IMG/VR virus record: IMGVR_UViG_3300010334_006426
Location: 1-64,000 of that record
Strand: one strand, 5' to 3'
Source of the DNA: a virus
Length of the DNA: 64,000 nt
Positions 1-9,178 of this stretch are shown here, piece by piece (position 1 is the first letter of the stretch; the number at the start of each line of letters is the position of its first letter). Both the position numbers and the translations under genes were made by a program. The notes beneath the pieces are model-generated. The model saw only the letters and a program-made list of their open reading frames with translations, made no database searches and was not told where the DNA came from.

Positions 1-10
1 AAAAGAATCT

Positions 11-778
11 TCATAATCTTATTACACCTTCAGGGTATATGTCTCTATTATCATACCATTCATCTTTTATATGAAACCATTTTTCTGGCATAATAACTTT
101 TTTATTTTTGTTTTTATTAAGATAAGAGCCCCACCAACCAAAAGAAGAGGCCGAACTTATATTGTCTGTACATAGAGTAGAGAAAATAAAATCAGCATAA
201 AAGCTATTTGAATTTATAATTCTTATATTAGAGGTTTGCTTTATTTTTAATGTAGTATATGCATAGTTATCAGTCACAACAACAAATAATCTATTTTTAC
301 CAAAATATTCAAAACTCTTTTTAAGATACTCAGGATTTTCCAAAACGTCACAGTGTATATGTCTTGGATCTATTGCACCGCCTGAGTATGTACGAATCTG
401 TACACCTACCGGTTGATCTTTTAGATAATCTTTATACTTTTCATTTACTTGCTCTACCAATTCATCCGGAAACTCGAATGATTTTAATATTTTTTCTTTA
501 TTATGTTTAAAATATTTTTCTGTTTGAAAATAGCCATTTAAAGCTAAATTTGGCAGTCTTGGAATAGGTGAATAATAAAAATGTTTTTCTGTATAGCGAT
601 TAGTTATTATAGGTAGTTCATTATATGTTTTTAACTTGTTTTTAAAAACAGCATTAGCTTCAAAAGATGGAAATATAGCTTCATCGTTACAATCTATTGC
701 GTGAGATATTGTTGCCGCTATTTGAAAAAGTTGATTACCAAATCTTCCATTTTGACCTAATAAAGGATAGCAAATCAT
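11..778 (-). CDS. Alpha-1,2-fucosyltransferase-like glycosyltransferase (GT11)
   Basis: N-terminal GRFGNQLFQ, GYFQTEKYF, and C-terminal SSFGWWGSYL..VIMPEKW motifs typical of GT11. Confidence 0.85.
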   Translation of the reverse strand: MICYPLLGQNGRFGNQLFQIAATISHAIDCNDEAIFPSFEANAVFKNKLKTYNELPIITNRYTEKHFYYSPIPRLPNLALNGYFQTEKYFKHNKEKILKSFEFPDELVEQVNEKYKDYLKDQPVGVQIRTYSGGAIDPRHIHCDVLENPEYLKKSFEYFGKNRLFVVVTDNYAYTTLKIKQTSNIRIINSNSFYADFIFSTLCTDNISSASSFGWWGSYLNKNKNKKVIMPEKWFHIKDEWYDNRDIYPEGVIRL

Positions 779-2124
779 AATGTATAGCTCTCTCTTTCCT
801 TTGTTTGAGAATTATTAAGCTGTGGATGCCATAAGTGTAAGTTGTATGCGTTACGATTAGACTTAATAGCTGTATTATGCTTTGCAACAACATTATCAAA
901 CAATTCTTTCTCTTCTCCACCGTAACAATCTTTTGACGGAAACCCATTTACACTAAAGAATAATTTTCTTGGAATCGAAAAATTATTACCCCACGGATAC
1001 CAAGTATTAAAAGCTTCATTGTATGTATAAGCGCTATTATCGTGACGTAAATCCTTTTCAATAATTTTTATTTTCTTAAGAAGCTCTATATGATCAGTAC
1101 TATCTAAATATTTTTCAATTTCTTCAGTAGTCCTTTCGTTCGGACCAAAAATTATATCATTCTGCATATCTGGGTCCATATGGGCTGAAACAAAATTAGA
1201 CGAAAATAAATTATCACCATTAGTAAAGATTAGTCTGTCACCGGTAGATAGTGTTGCTGCCGTGTTCCAGTTATCAGCAAGAGTATATTTTCTATCTTTT
1301 GATTTTTTATTTAGCGATACCCTTACACCGCTAAATAATTTTTCTACCATCTGTAACGTTCCATCGTTAGAGTTGTCATCGGCTAGAATGACTTCATAAT
1401 TATCGTAAGACTGTTTAATAATACTGCTCAAACTAAATTTAAGCCTCTTACACTGATTATAGGACGAAATTATAACTGAAGCTTTTTTTGAAAAAGTTTT
1501 TAAGAATGGAATAGGTTGCTGCTTGTTTTCTATATCGGAAAAATCTTCCAACTGCCAGCATATCTTTGGTTTAAAAGCATAACAGTTATTGCCAGATTGT
1601 ATGCTTGTTAATATTACATCTATAGGCTGCTTGAGATCAAAAGTATTTTCTGGTAAATTATTCAATAGAAAGGGTATATGCTTACAGTTTAACCCGTAAC
1701 AATTAGTTGTATATGTATGAGATATTTTTTCTAAATTAACATTAATGGATTTATTTTTTGTTTGATGGTTACCGCCAAAATAAAGCATATCCCAATCCTT
1801 AGGTACCTGTCTATAAAAAAACTCAAAAGTTTCATTAAACTTCTCACAAAATACGTTATCATCTTCAACAACAAGAACATTTTTATAATTCTTTTCCTTA
1901 GCATCTATAAAGACTTTTCTATGACTATATGCACAGCCCGTCACACCTTCATGGTTCCATCCATTGCCAACCGCCTTATTAACTAGTACCGCTTTACCAT
2001 CAACAGCTTCTATCAATTTAAATGTAGACGATATTCTGTTAAACTGCTCAGTAATATGCTTTAACCTATCAGGTCTTCTCTTTAAGTTAATAACATAAAC
2101 ACAGTCAAAATATTTATTGAGCAT
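775..2124 (-). CDS. Two-domain glycosyltransferase (GT25 + GT2)
   Basis: N-terminal YVINLKRRPDR..EAVDG..GCAYSH..VEDD (GT25); C-terminal SVIISSYN..EVILADDNSNDGT..HLWH (GT2). Confidence 0.85.
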   Translation of the reverse strand: MLNKYFDCVYVINLKRRPDRLKHITEQFNRISSTFKLIEAVDGKAVLVNKAVGNGWNHEGVTGCAYSHRKVFIDAKEKNYKNVLVVEDDNVFCEKFNETFEFFYRQVPKDWDMLYFGGNHQTKNKSINVNLEKISHTYTTNCYGLNCKHIPFLLNNLPENTFDLKQPIDVILTSIQSGNNCYAFKPKICWQLEDFSDIENKQQPIPFLKTFSKKASVIISSYNQCKRLKFSLSSIIKQSYDNYEVILADDNSNDGTLQMVEKLFSGVRVSLNKKSKDRKYTLADNWNTAATLSTGDRLIFTNGDNLFSSNFVSAHMDPDMQNDIIFGPNERTTEEIEKYLDSTDHIELLKKIKIIEKDLRHDNSAYTYNEAFNTWYPWGNNFSIPRKLFFSVNGFPSKDCYGGEEKELFDNVVAKHNTAIKSNRNAYNLHLWHPQLNNSQTKERESYTL

Positions 2125-2929
2125 ACTTCTTATGAATTTGTTTGAGAATTTTTCTTAACTTAGGTTCGGGGGTATCCTCTACAGATCCGTGCCATGCAGG
2201 ACTTACACCGTGCTTTTTCTTAAAAAGCTCCATTCCGTTTAAAATATTATCCTTCCAATCCGACCTCGGTCGAATAGAGCTACTATTTTCAGAGCATTCT
2301 ATCTCATCTAGATATTTGTGACTGTCAGCTAAATCAGCAAAATTCCAATATGGAGTAAACATACCTGATTTTGTCATTCTATAGTCATGATCTACATGTT
2401 CAAATGCATTGGTGTAATCTTCATCTAAGAGTCCAACATCCTCTAGGACCTGCTTACTATAGTAACAAAATGCCCCTACGCTATGCATGTTTATAGCTAT
2501 TTTTATCTTACCATAATCAATAACATATCTAGGTTGCGGTTCACCGCCTGAAACTCCTCCTTTATTAGCCGGGCCGTGATAACCAAAATTAAAATGCTGT
2601 ATGCCTGTGATGTTTCTAGCCTCAATATATTTTTGAAAAACGTTTGGATCTTTAACTATAATATCATCCTCAACAATAAAGATGTGATCACAGTCGCTGC
2701 CTAGTAAGTAACGAAAAAGTTTATTTTTCGATTTCCCGACACCAAGATTTGTACTATTGTGAAAATAGGTAAATGACTTTTCTTTCTGAAGTTTATCTAT
2801 ATCTTCAAAATCGCTACCATCATTAACAACTGCTAACACGGGGTTATCTGGAATAGATCTAAAGCATTTAAGAAAAAACTTAGGCCTATTACATGTAACA
2901 ATTCCAACACCTATTTTATTTGATTGCAT
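2114..2929 (-). CDS. Glycosyltransferase family 2
   Basis: GIVTCNRP, VVNDGS, NLGVGKSKN, IVEDD, VGLLDE..FEHVD. Confidence 0.8.
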   Translation of the reverse strand: MQSNKIGVGIVTCNRPKFFLKCFRSIPDNPVLAVVNDGSDFEDIDKLQKEKSFTYFHNSTNLGVGKSKNKLFRYLLGSDCDHIFIVEDDIIVKDPNVFQKYIEARNITGIQHFNFGYHGPANKGGVSGGEPQPRYVIDYGKIKIAINMHSVGAFCYYSKQVLEDVGLLDEDYTNAFEHVDHDYRMTKSGMFTPYWNFADLADSHKYLDEIECSENSSSIRPRSDWKDNILNGMELFKKKHGVSPAWHGSVEDTPEPKLRKILKQIHKKYAQ

Positions 2930-3881
2930 AAAAATCCACCTTTCTTAAATCCGATAATTGTGTACCACCACTGTAACTAATGGCAGAAGAAAGATCTTGT
3001 CGAATTTCTTCAAACTTATCTAAATACGTCATAGTGTTGTGAGGTACCTTTTTTAGTGTACCTTCTATGTGTACATTTTCCACTTTATTATGCACAGATG
3101 CTGAGCCGAAATATAATTTATATGTTTGTCCGCTTTCATCCTCAAAAACATCAGCTGGGCTATCGCTGCATTCCGCAAATAATGACCCGCACATAACCAT
3201 ATCTGCACCTGCAACTATTGCTTTAGCAATATCACCATTGCATTTTATCCCACCATCTGCAATAATTGGTATACCGATATTTTCTTGAAAGATATTCCTA
3301 ACACATGTAAACATAGGCATCGTAAAACCGGTTTTATCCTTTGTTGTACAGGCATTACCTTGACCTATACCAACCTTAACCGCATCTGCACCTGCATTCA
3401 TAAGATCTAATGCCGCGTGTGCCGTTGCAATATTACCAGCTATCAAAAACGTTTTTGGTAGCGTATTCTTTATAAACTCCACCATCCTAATACAATCATC
3501 GCTATGACCGTGAGCAATATCAATAGTAATATAGTCTATACTATAATCGCTATTCTTAATACAATTAACAAGCGATATATCTTCTTGCTTAATACCTACA
3601 CTTATTGAGGTATAGAAATTCTCTTCAATTGCTTTAGTTACAAAATATTTGTTATTGTCAAATCTGTGCATTGTGTAAAAAAATCCGTTATTAGCTAATA
3701 CTTTAGCTAGTTTTTCATCAATAGTGCACTTCATATTAGAAGGTATTACAGGCAAATTAAACGTTCTTTGACCGAGCGTTGTAGATACCTTAGCTTTAGA
3801 TCTAGACTTTAATATACCCCGGTTTGGAGTTAAAGTTATGTCACTGTAAGAATATGCAGTCTTAACTACTTCCTGTTGCAC
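2916..3881 (-). CDS. guaC: GMP reductase
   Basis: IMPDH/GMPR barrel without CBS domains: PSNMK, IDIAHGHS, IAGNIAT, KVGIGQGNACTT, IIADGGI, YFGSAS; GTG start. Confidence 0.85.
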   Translation of the reverse strand: MQQEVVKTAYSYSDITLTPNRGILKSRSKAKVSTTLGQRTFNLPVIPSNMKCTIDEKLAKVLANNGFFYTMHRFDNNKYFVTKAIEENFYTSISVGIKQEDISLVNCIKNSDYSIDYITIDIAHGHSDDCIRMVEFIKNTLPKTFLIAGNIATAHAALDLMNAGADAVKVGIGQGNACTTKDKTGFTMPMFTCVRNIFQENIGIPIIADGGIKCNGDIAKAIVAGADMVMCGSLFAECSDSPADVFEDESGQTYKLYFGSASVHNKVENVHIEGTLKKVPHNTMTYLDKFEEIRQDLSSAISYSGGTQLSDLRKVDFYAIK

Positions 3882-3925
3882 TTGTATATATTATAATATA
3901 ACTAAATATAATCAATAAATAATGT
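3882..3925. promoter_or_regulatory. Divergent promoter pair: sigma70-like for guaC (-), late ATAAATA for ORF 3926 (+)
   Basis: Minus: TTGATT-N16-TAATAT-N6-GTG. Plus: ATAAATA-ATGT-ATG. Confidence 0.6.
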
Positions 3926-5011
3926 ATGCTCAATAATAGTGTAAATGTCAGAGATCTAAACCAAGTAGATCAAATTAATGAAGGTGATCTACTTATACTA
4001 GAAACATCTAGCGGTACTAATACTATTGACTTTCAAAATTTTGTTGTCGGACCAAATAACGTAAGTTGGTATTCCAGTTTTTTAGCGGTTAGCTCTATTT
4101 TTACCTCGCTTAGTACACAGGGTACCTTTGCCTCTCTTATAACTCCTACTATTTCATCAACCAATATTACAACAGCAAATATCTCAGCAAGATTTTTAAA
4201 CCTTGTTCATGTACCTGCAAATGATGGTGCTAACCCTAACATTTTTATAGGCGAAGGCACGACAGCTGACGGGTTGACCGGATTTAATATTTTCTTTGAT
4301 GAATTATTAAATCAGTTAACAGTTTCTTCTTCTTTTAGTGGTGTAGTTAATAATACTTTCGTAGCAGATCGTAATGGAAATATTGGGTTAGGCTCAACTG
4401 CTCCTAGCACCAGATTGGAAATTGTTAATAACAGTGCTCTTGATACAGCTACACCCGGTAAAAATAATTTTTATGGGTTACATTTTAACGGCCAAACCAC
4501 CCAGGATTATGCTGGCGGTATAACATGGAACGGTGGGAGTGCTGGTGCCCAGGCAGGAATCTATGTACAGGGTTCTGGACTGTATGGAACAAAAATGTAT
4601 TTCGGTACAACAGATAATTATAATATAGGTTCAAAAACAAGCATGATAATTGATCACAAAGGCAATACTTTAGCACTATCAGGTATCGGGTTTATTAAAA
4701 ATGGCGGAACTGTCACTCAGCCTAGCAGCAAAGGCGATGCTGTCACTATGCATGCACCTGCAGGTAAAATTGCTGTAGCTAGCGGAAATATTCTTTATCC
4801 TGGATACGCATCATTTAATTTTAATAATTTTTGTATTTCAAATACAGATATAATTTTATTACAACAGCAAACAGGTACAATGGGTGCTTATAATATAACA
4901 GCTTTGCCTTCCAATGGATCAGCCACTATAACCATTAGAAATGTTTCTAATGGTGCTTTAAATGAACCTTTTGAGATAAGATTTGCTGTAATAAAGACAG
5001 CCGCTTCTTGA
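3926..5011 (+). CDS. Putative tail fibre / virion appendage protein
   Basis: G/T/S/N-rich, GNIGLGSTAPSTRLEI fibre-type motif, beta-rich C-terminal domain, late promoter. Confidence 0.55.
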   Translation: MLNNSVNVRDLNQVDQINEGDLLILETSSGTNTIDFQNFVVGPNNVSWYSSFLAVSSIFTSLSTQGTFASLITPTISSTNITTANISARFLNLVHVPANDGANPNIFIGEGTTADGLTGFNIFFDELLNQLTVSSSFSGVVNNTFVADRNGNIGLGSTAPSTRLEIVNNSALDTATPGKNNFYGLHFNGQTTQDYAGGITWNGGSAGAQAGIYVQGSGLYGTKMYFGTTDNYNIGSKTSMIIDHKGNTLALSGIGFIKNGGTVTQPSSKGDAVTMHAPAGKIAVASGNILYPGYASFNFNNFCISNTDIILLQQQTGTMGAYNITALPSNGSATITIRNVSNGALNEPFEIRFAVIKTAAS

Positions 5012-5025
5012 TCAAGGCTAGTAAG

Positions 5026-5268
5026 TTAATACTGAAACGTATTATTATCTTCTGGAGTCTCTTCTTTATGAAACGGTAATGCTTTGTAAATCTTGTGTAG
5101 AATTTGCTTATCTTTAAGACCTAATGCTTTTAATCTGGAGTATTCTTTTCTGAAAGCACTTTTAAATTCCATAGAAAGGCTAAAATTTCGCGGGTAAAAC
5201 AACCGGGAAACTGTTTTAATGGGTTTATAGTTTTCTAATATCTTCTTTGCTTTGTTGTCAAAATTCAC
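5026..5268 (-). CDS. Hypothetical late protein
   Basis: ATAAATA 5 nt before GTG; N-terminus MNFDNKAKKILE. Confidence 0.6.
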   Translation of the reverse strand: MNFDNKAKKILENYKPIKTVSRLFYPRNFSLSMEFKSAFRKEYSRLKALGLKDKQILHKIYKALPFHKEETPEDNNTFQY

Positions 5269-5279
5269 ACTATTATTTA

Positions 5280-5975
5280 TTATAGAATACCTTTGTCTTT
5301 TTTCAGAAATTCTTTTTGATCTCTTATTAATTGCTCCATTTTAGCAATCTCATCCATGTTAACTAAGCTTTGCTCTTCACCGTACATTGTGCCTTCCGGT
5401 GTAACATACATTGCAATCTGCTCTATTCTCTCTTCTGTTGTACCGGAGATTTCTATAAGAGCGGGGCTATCGTGTTGTGGGAAAAAAGGCGAGACACCAG
5501 TAGTCTGAATTTGCTTATGAATGGCTTTAAAGATATTATCTATTTCAATAACATATTGTGGGTCAGTTTCCCTAATTAAATTACTTTCTATAGGCCCCAT
5601 TAAATCTCTGGTTATTAGAAAAATAATATCCAATGAGCGCATACTTTCTTTTACTTTTTCTATAGACATATTAATGTAATTTTCATTAAATCCCTTTAGA
5701 CCCTTATCATGTGCCCAGAGCGTATAAACTATATTATCTAACGGGCATCTATCATACACAACCTTATCATGCGGTGTGTAAGGCTTTTGTTGTGTAATCA
5801 TGAAATCTAATATTGCTAGTTGTGTCTTTTTATCTGTTTTTTTACTATGCCTGTTATTTTTTATTACATCTCTATATGTTGTTTTTGGCGTTTTATAATC
5901 AGACCAACGCTCTAGAAATGCTTTTACTACTGTAGTCTTACCTGTACACGCTGTTCCGCTAAAGGCAATCCGCAT
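5280..5975 (-). CDS. P-loop nucleoside/nucleotide kinase-like ATPase (dNMP kinase / NadR-like)
   Basis: N-terminal Walker A SGTACTGKTT and YDRCPLD motif. Confidence 0.65.
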   Translation of the reverse strand: MRIAFSGTACTGKTTVVKAFLERWSDYKTPKTTYRDVIKNNRHSKKTDKKTQLAILDFMITQQKPYTPHDKVVYDRCPLDNIVYTLWAHDKGLKGFNENYINMSIEKVKESMRSLDIIFLITRDLMGPIESNLIRETDPQYVIEIDNIFKAIHKQIQTTGVSPFFPQHDSPALIEISGTTEERIEQIAMYVTPEGTMYGEEQSLVNMDEIAKMEQLIRDQKEFLKKDKGIL

Positions 5976-6009
5976 ATTGTTATAATAGTGTAAAGTTCCT
6001 TGTAATCAA
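5976..6009 (-). promoter_or_regulatory. Sigma70-like promoter abutting the kinase start
   Basis: TTGATT-N16-TATTAT-N6-ATG on the minus strand. Confidence 0.55.
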
Positions 6010-6560
6010 CGGCCAATGAGCGGTTTGAATATATCCTCAAATGTTTTTGGCGGGTTGTTGAATCTATCGGGTTTTCTTAATTCAGCTTCTGTTTGTCCTT
6101 CTCTACCAAAAGGATTTGATTTTGTAGCGCCTTGTGGTATATTTTGAAAAACAATTCTATGTGTTTTAGGCGGTGAGCTTGGACGCGACAATTCTGGATA
6201 ATTTAGTTGATGTGTACCTATAGTTAAATTATCACCATTTAAATTAGCTATGCTACCCATATACGGTCCAAATAATTCATTTATATCTTGTGCCAGTTGC
6301 TGCATAGAATATTGATTTTCAGCTTGTGCTTGCTGTAAGTTTTTACCATTCTCTTGAATATAATTCATTAAATCAGAAATCATTGCTTGAAAAATAGCAT
6401 TAGAACGTTGCTGTAATTCTAAAGGATTTGCAGAATATTTTTGTTCTAAATCTTTTAGTGCTTCATCAAGAACATCCGCTTTTCTCTCCAATTCATCTCT
6501 AAACGTTTCTGCACTAGAAGATGCACCTTCTCTAAGAAAAAACTTGTTAAATGGCTTCAT
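6006..6560 (-). CDS. Hypothetical protein with capsid-targeting-like N-terminus
   Basis: Starts MKPFNKFFLRE; ATGA overlap with the upstream gene. Confidence 0.65.
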   Translation of the reverse strand: MKPFNKFFLREGASSSAETFRDELERKADVLDEALKDLEQKYSANPLELQQRSNAIFQAMISDLMNYIQENGKNLQQAQAENQYSMQQLAQDINELFGPYMGSIANLNGDNLTIGTHQLNYPELSRPSSPPKTHRIVFQNIPQGATKSNPFGREGQTEAELRKPDRFNNPPKTFEDIFKPLIGR

Positions 6561-8260
6561 TTTTTTCTTAATTTATTTACAAAGTCTAAGGTGGTATCAT
6601 ACTCTTGATCTTGTGGTTGTTGATTGTATTGTATAGGAGCAGCTTGCATAGGATTAGCAGCAGTAGCTTGCTTACCAAAAGGATCTAATACTTGTTGACC
6701 AGGTCTAATAATATTTGTAACTTCTTTATATCGTTTTGTTGCTGGATCGTATACAGCGGGAGTAACAAAAGTACCCAAGGCTGCTGCCTGCGCTGGTGTT
6801 AATACACGCCCACCAAAAGTATAGACCATATTACTTTGACCGGGTAGAGTAGGACCAGAGGAAGATTGATCATTATTACCCTCTCCTTCATCTTTCGTTT
6901 CACCACTTCTACCAGAAGTTTCTTTCATTTTTTTATCAAACCATGCATTTAAAGGGTTTATTATATTTGCAAACAATCTTGTCTGCATCTGTCTGTAAGC
7001 TTGGAACGCCGGTAACCCAACTCTAGTTAATTTCTTTACTGTCTTTTTTGCAGATTTTGCTAATCCCTTACCTACACCCTGGATAACTTCTTGCGTTGCA
7101 TTTGCAGCTTTTGTCTCAATAGATTTAGCTGCTTCCTTACTTGCAGCCTCAGCGCCAGTTTCTGCGGTTTTAGCAACTTCTTTTTCAATCTTAGCTGCCC
7201 CCTCCGCTGCTTTTAAAGCCGCACCCGGTGTTGCAATTTTATCAAAATATTTTAAATCTGGATAAACTTTTCGAATCACATCTATTACACTTGCAGGGGG
7301 TATATTGCCCATTTCTTTGCCAATGGTATGAAGATATGGCGCAACTAATGCGTCAGCCGGATTATCTACAATAAACTCAATAGCTTTTTTCACGGCACCT
7401 TCCTCACCATAAACTTCTCTAGGATTTTTTTTCATTCTTTCTCCTAGATGATAAATCTGCTTATCAACTAACTCTTTAAAGGTTTTATTTGTTTTTATGC
7501 CTTCCATTGCTGCTCGCGCGTAGTATTCTGTCCATTTAGCTACTTCCTCTGGTGATTTGCCTTCTAAACCTTTTAACGTGCCGGTTTTTGCAGTAGCCTC
7601 TAAAGTTTCTCCGGTACCTTTACCAAATGCATCAATAGCTGCTTTCTTAGCTTCTGCACCGCCTATTTTTTCAGCTGCCATTGCCATGGCTTCTGGCCCG
7701 CCCTTTGTACCTTTAACCAGCTTTAACATTTTTGTGTATATCTCCTCTATAAGCTTAGGAAATTTTGCGGCATTTTTGGTAGCATAATGGATGCTACCTC
7801 TTAACCCTATCCAACCGCCGCCGCCTATAGCAGCACCGGCTGCGGCACCAGGTATTGCGCCTACACCTGCACCAGCAGCCCCGGCTGCTGCACCTGCACC
7901 TGCGCCCATAAATAGACCCATATTTGGAACACAATTAAACAAATTTAATGCATACATCATCCAATTAAAAGTAGATGGTTTTTTTCTCCAAATAAAATAT
8001 GCTTCAATTGCATCGTCAACAGACATAAGACCTGTAGGATCTATTATTTCTACTGCTGTCATAAATATTTTACCTGCTGTACTATCTGCGTCCCCGGCTA
8101 ACCACTTTAACCCAGGAATTTTTTTACCCTTCAATGCAAATTTACCAATAGGATCAAGTATATTCTTTTCTAGTGGTTCTAAAAAATTACCTAACGATTC
8201 TAACGAACCTTCATTTAAAGGTTTATACTCATTAGCTACATATTGCTTAAACGTTTTCAT
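6557..8260 (-). CDS. Putative head-packaged/ejected protein with glycine-zipper membrane segment
   Basis: Start reassigned to ATG 8260 (MKTFKQYVANE, 1 nt after the upstream stop); DPTG motif followed by a hydrophobic GAGAGAAAGAAGAGVGAIPGAAAGAAIGGGG segment. Confidence 0.6.
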   Translation of the reverse strand: MKTFKQYVANEYKPLNEGSLESLGNFLEPLEKNILDPIGKFALKGKKIPGLKWLAGDADSTAGKIFMTAVEIIDPTGLMSVDDAIEAYFIWRKKPSTFNWMMYALNLFNCVPNMGLFMGAGAGAAAGAAGAGVGAIPGAAAGAAIGGGGWIGLRGSIHYATKNAAKFPKLIEEIYTKMLKLVKGTKGGPEAMAMAAEKIGGAEAKKAAIDAFGKGTGETLEATAKTGTLKGLEGKSPEEVAKWTEYYARAAMEGIKTNKTFKELVDKQIYHLGERMKKNPREVYGEEGAVKKAIEFIVDNPADALVAPYLHTIGKEMGNIPPASVIDVIRKVYPDLKYFDKIATPGAALKAAEGAAKIEKEVAKTAETGAEAASKEAAKSIETKAANATQEVIQGVGKGLAKSAKKTVKKLTRVGLPAFQAYRQMQTRLFANIINPLNAWFDKKMKETSGRSGETKDEGEGNNDQSSSGPTLPGQSNMVYTFGGRVLTPAQAAALGTFVTPAVYDPATKRYKEVTNIIRPGQQVLDPFGKQATAANPMQAAPIQYNQQPQDQEYDTTLDFVNKLRKK

Positions 8261-8261
8261 A

Positions 8262-8885
8262 TTATCCTCTATACTCAAAGTGATGCGGGTCACCCGGAAT
8301 TTGAGCATAATACCATCCAAACTTCGGCCCGTTAGTTTGCATCCATGCATATTCAGATGTACCGCGTTGTAAATCTAGTGCATTACCTAAGCCGTGTTTA
8401 GATGATCCAGGCTTACCTACAACAGCATATTTTCCTCTTAGACCTGCTTGATGATCTGTATTTCTATATGCACTATTAATTTTTATAGGTCCACCGTAAG
8501 CTTGTTGTGCAGAAAGAAAGGCTTTTGCAGCTCTAGGTGCAAGGTATGCATCATCTTTATACCATTGAGATAAACCAGGAGCTTCAGCATCATACTTACC
8601 AACCTTAACCAAATCCTTTTGCTGCAATTGACCGTTCTTACCGCTCATTGCAACAGGAGCATTTCTAGCTGTTACTTCAGGTTTTGCTATCGGCTTTGCA
8701 GAAGGCTGAACGACAGAAGAAGTAGGCTTAGCAGTAGAAATAGCCGTCTGCGGTGTACCAGGGGCTATATTTGTTTTAGATGCGGTATTACCTGTCTGAG
8801 CAGGCCTTTTAAGCTGGGTCGTTCTAGAAGATGCACCGGAGACATCGAAATATGCTTCTTTTACAAATTTTTTGAAACTAATCAC
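8262..8885 (-). CDS. Peptidase M15B (VanY / D-Ala-D-Ala carboxypeptidase-like cell-wall hydrolase)
   Basis: INSAYR..Q..L, PGSSKHGLGNALD, WMQTNG.KFGW, DPHHFEY; N-terminal MISFKKFVKE tag and P/T/A linker. Confidence 0.8.
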   Translation of the reverse strand: MISFKKFVKEAYFDVSGASSRTTQLKRPAQTGNTASKTNIAPGTPQTAISTAKPTSSVVQPSAKPIAKPEVTARNAPVAMSGKNGQLQQKDLVKVGKYDAEAPGLSQWYKDDAYLAPRAAKAFLSAQQAYGGPIKINSAYRNTDHQAGLRGKYAVVGKPGSSKHGLGNALDLQRGTSEYAWMQTNGPKFGWYYAQIPGDPHHFEYRG

Positions 8886-8889
8886 ATAT

Positions 8890-8897
8890 TATTTATA
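8890..8897 (-). promoter_or_regulatory. T4-type late promoter TATAAATA
   Basis: Exact TATAAATA 4 nt before GTG 8885; gp55 is encoded in the window. Confidence 0.75.
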
Positions 8898-8947
8898 TTC
8901 AATACAGGTAATGTATTAGAATATATAAGTCTATCAAATAAAATGAC

Positions 8948-9145
8948 TTATCTATTGATAACTGAGGCTAGTCTGGATTTAAACTGCTCTACAAACTTTT
9001 CTACAAAACTATCTAGAGCTTTATTGCCAGCTTCTATGCCATTATTCTTAATAATATTAGTTAGCTGGTCTTGATTGAGAAGAACTCTCCAGGATTCTTT
9101 GCCACCATTTTCACCAGTAATATTGACATCGATATTAATATTCAT
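8948..9145 (-). CDS. Hypothetical protein
   Basis: 65-aa ORF filling the gap, preceded by TTGCAT-N16-TAAATT. Confidence 0.6.
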   Translation of the reverse strand: MNINIDVNITGENGGKESWRVLLNQDQLTNIIKNNGIEAGNKALDSFVEKFVEQFKSRLASVINR

Positions 9146-9178
9146 AAAACAATTTAATTAAAAACAATATAAATGCAA

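Noticed and set aside
8261-8350. N-terminal extension of the 597-aa ORF (MHGCKL...)
   Set aside because: Overlaps the peptidase gene; ATG 8260 gives clean coupling and the tag motif
7791-8372. 193-aa + strand Pro/Ala-rich ORF
   Set aside because: Antisense shadow of the Gly/Ala-rich minus-strand gene; no promoter motif
8619-9074. 151-aa + strand ORF
   Set aside because: Spans two minus-strand genes and their promoter; non-coding-like composition
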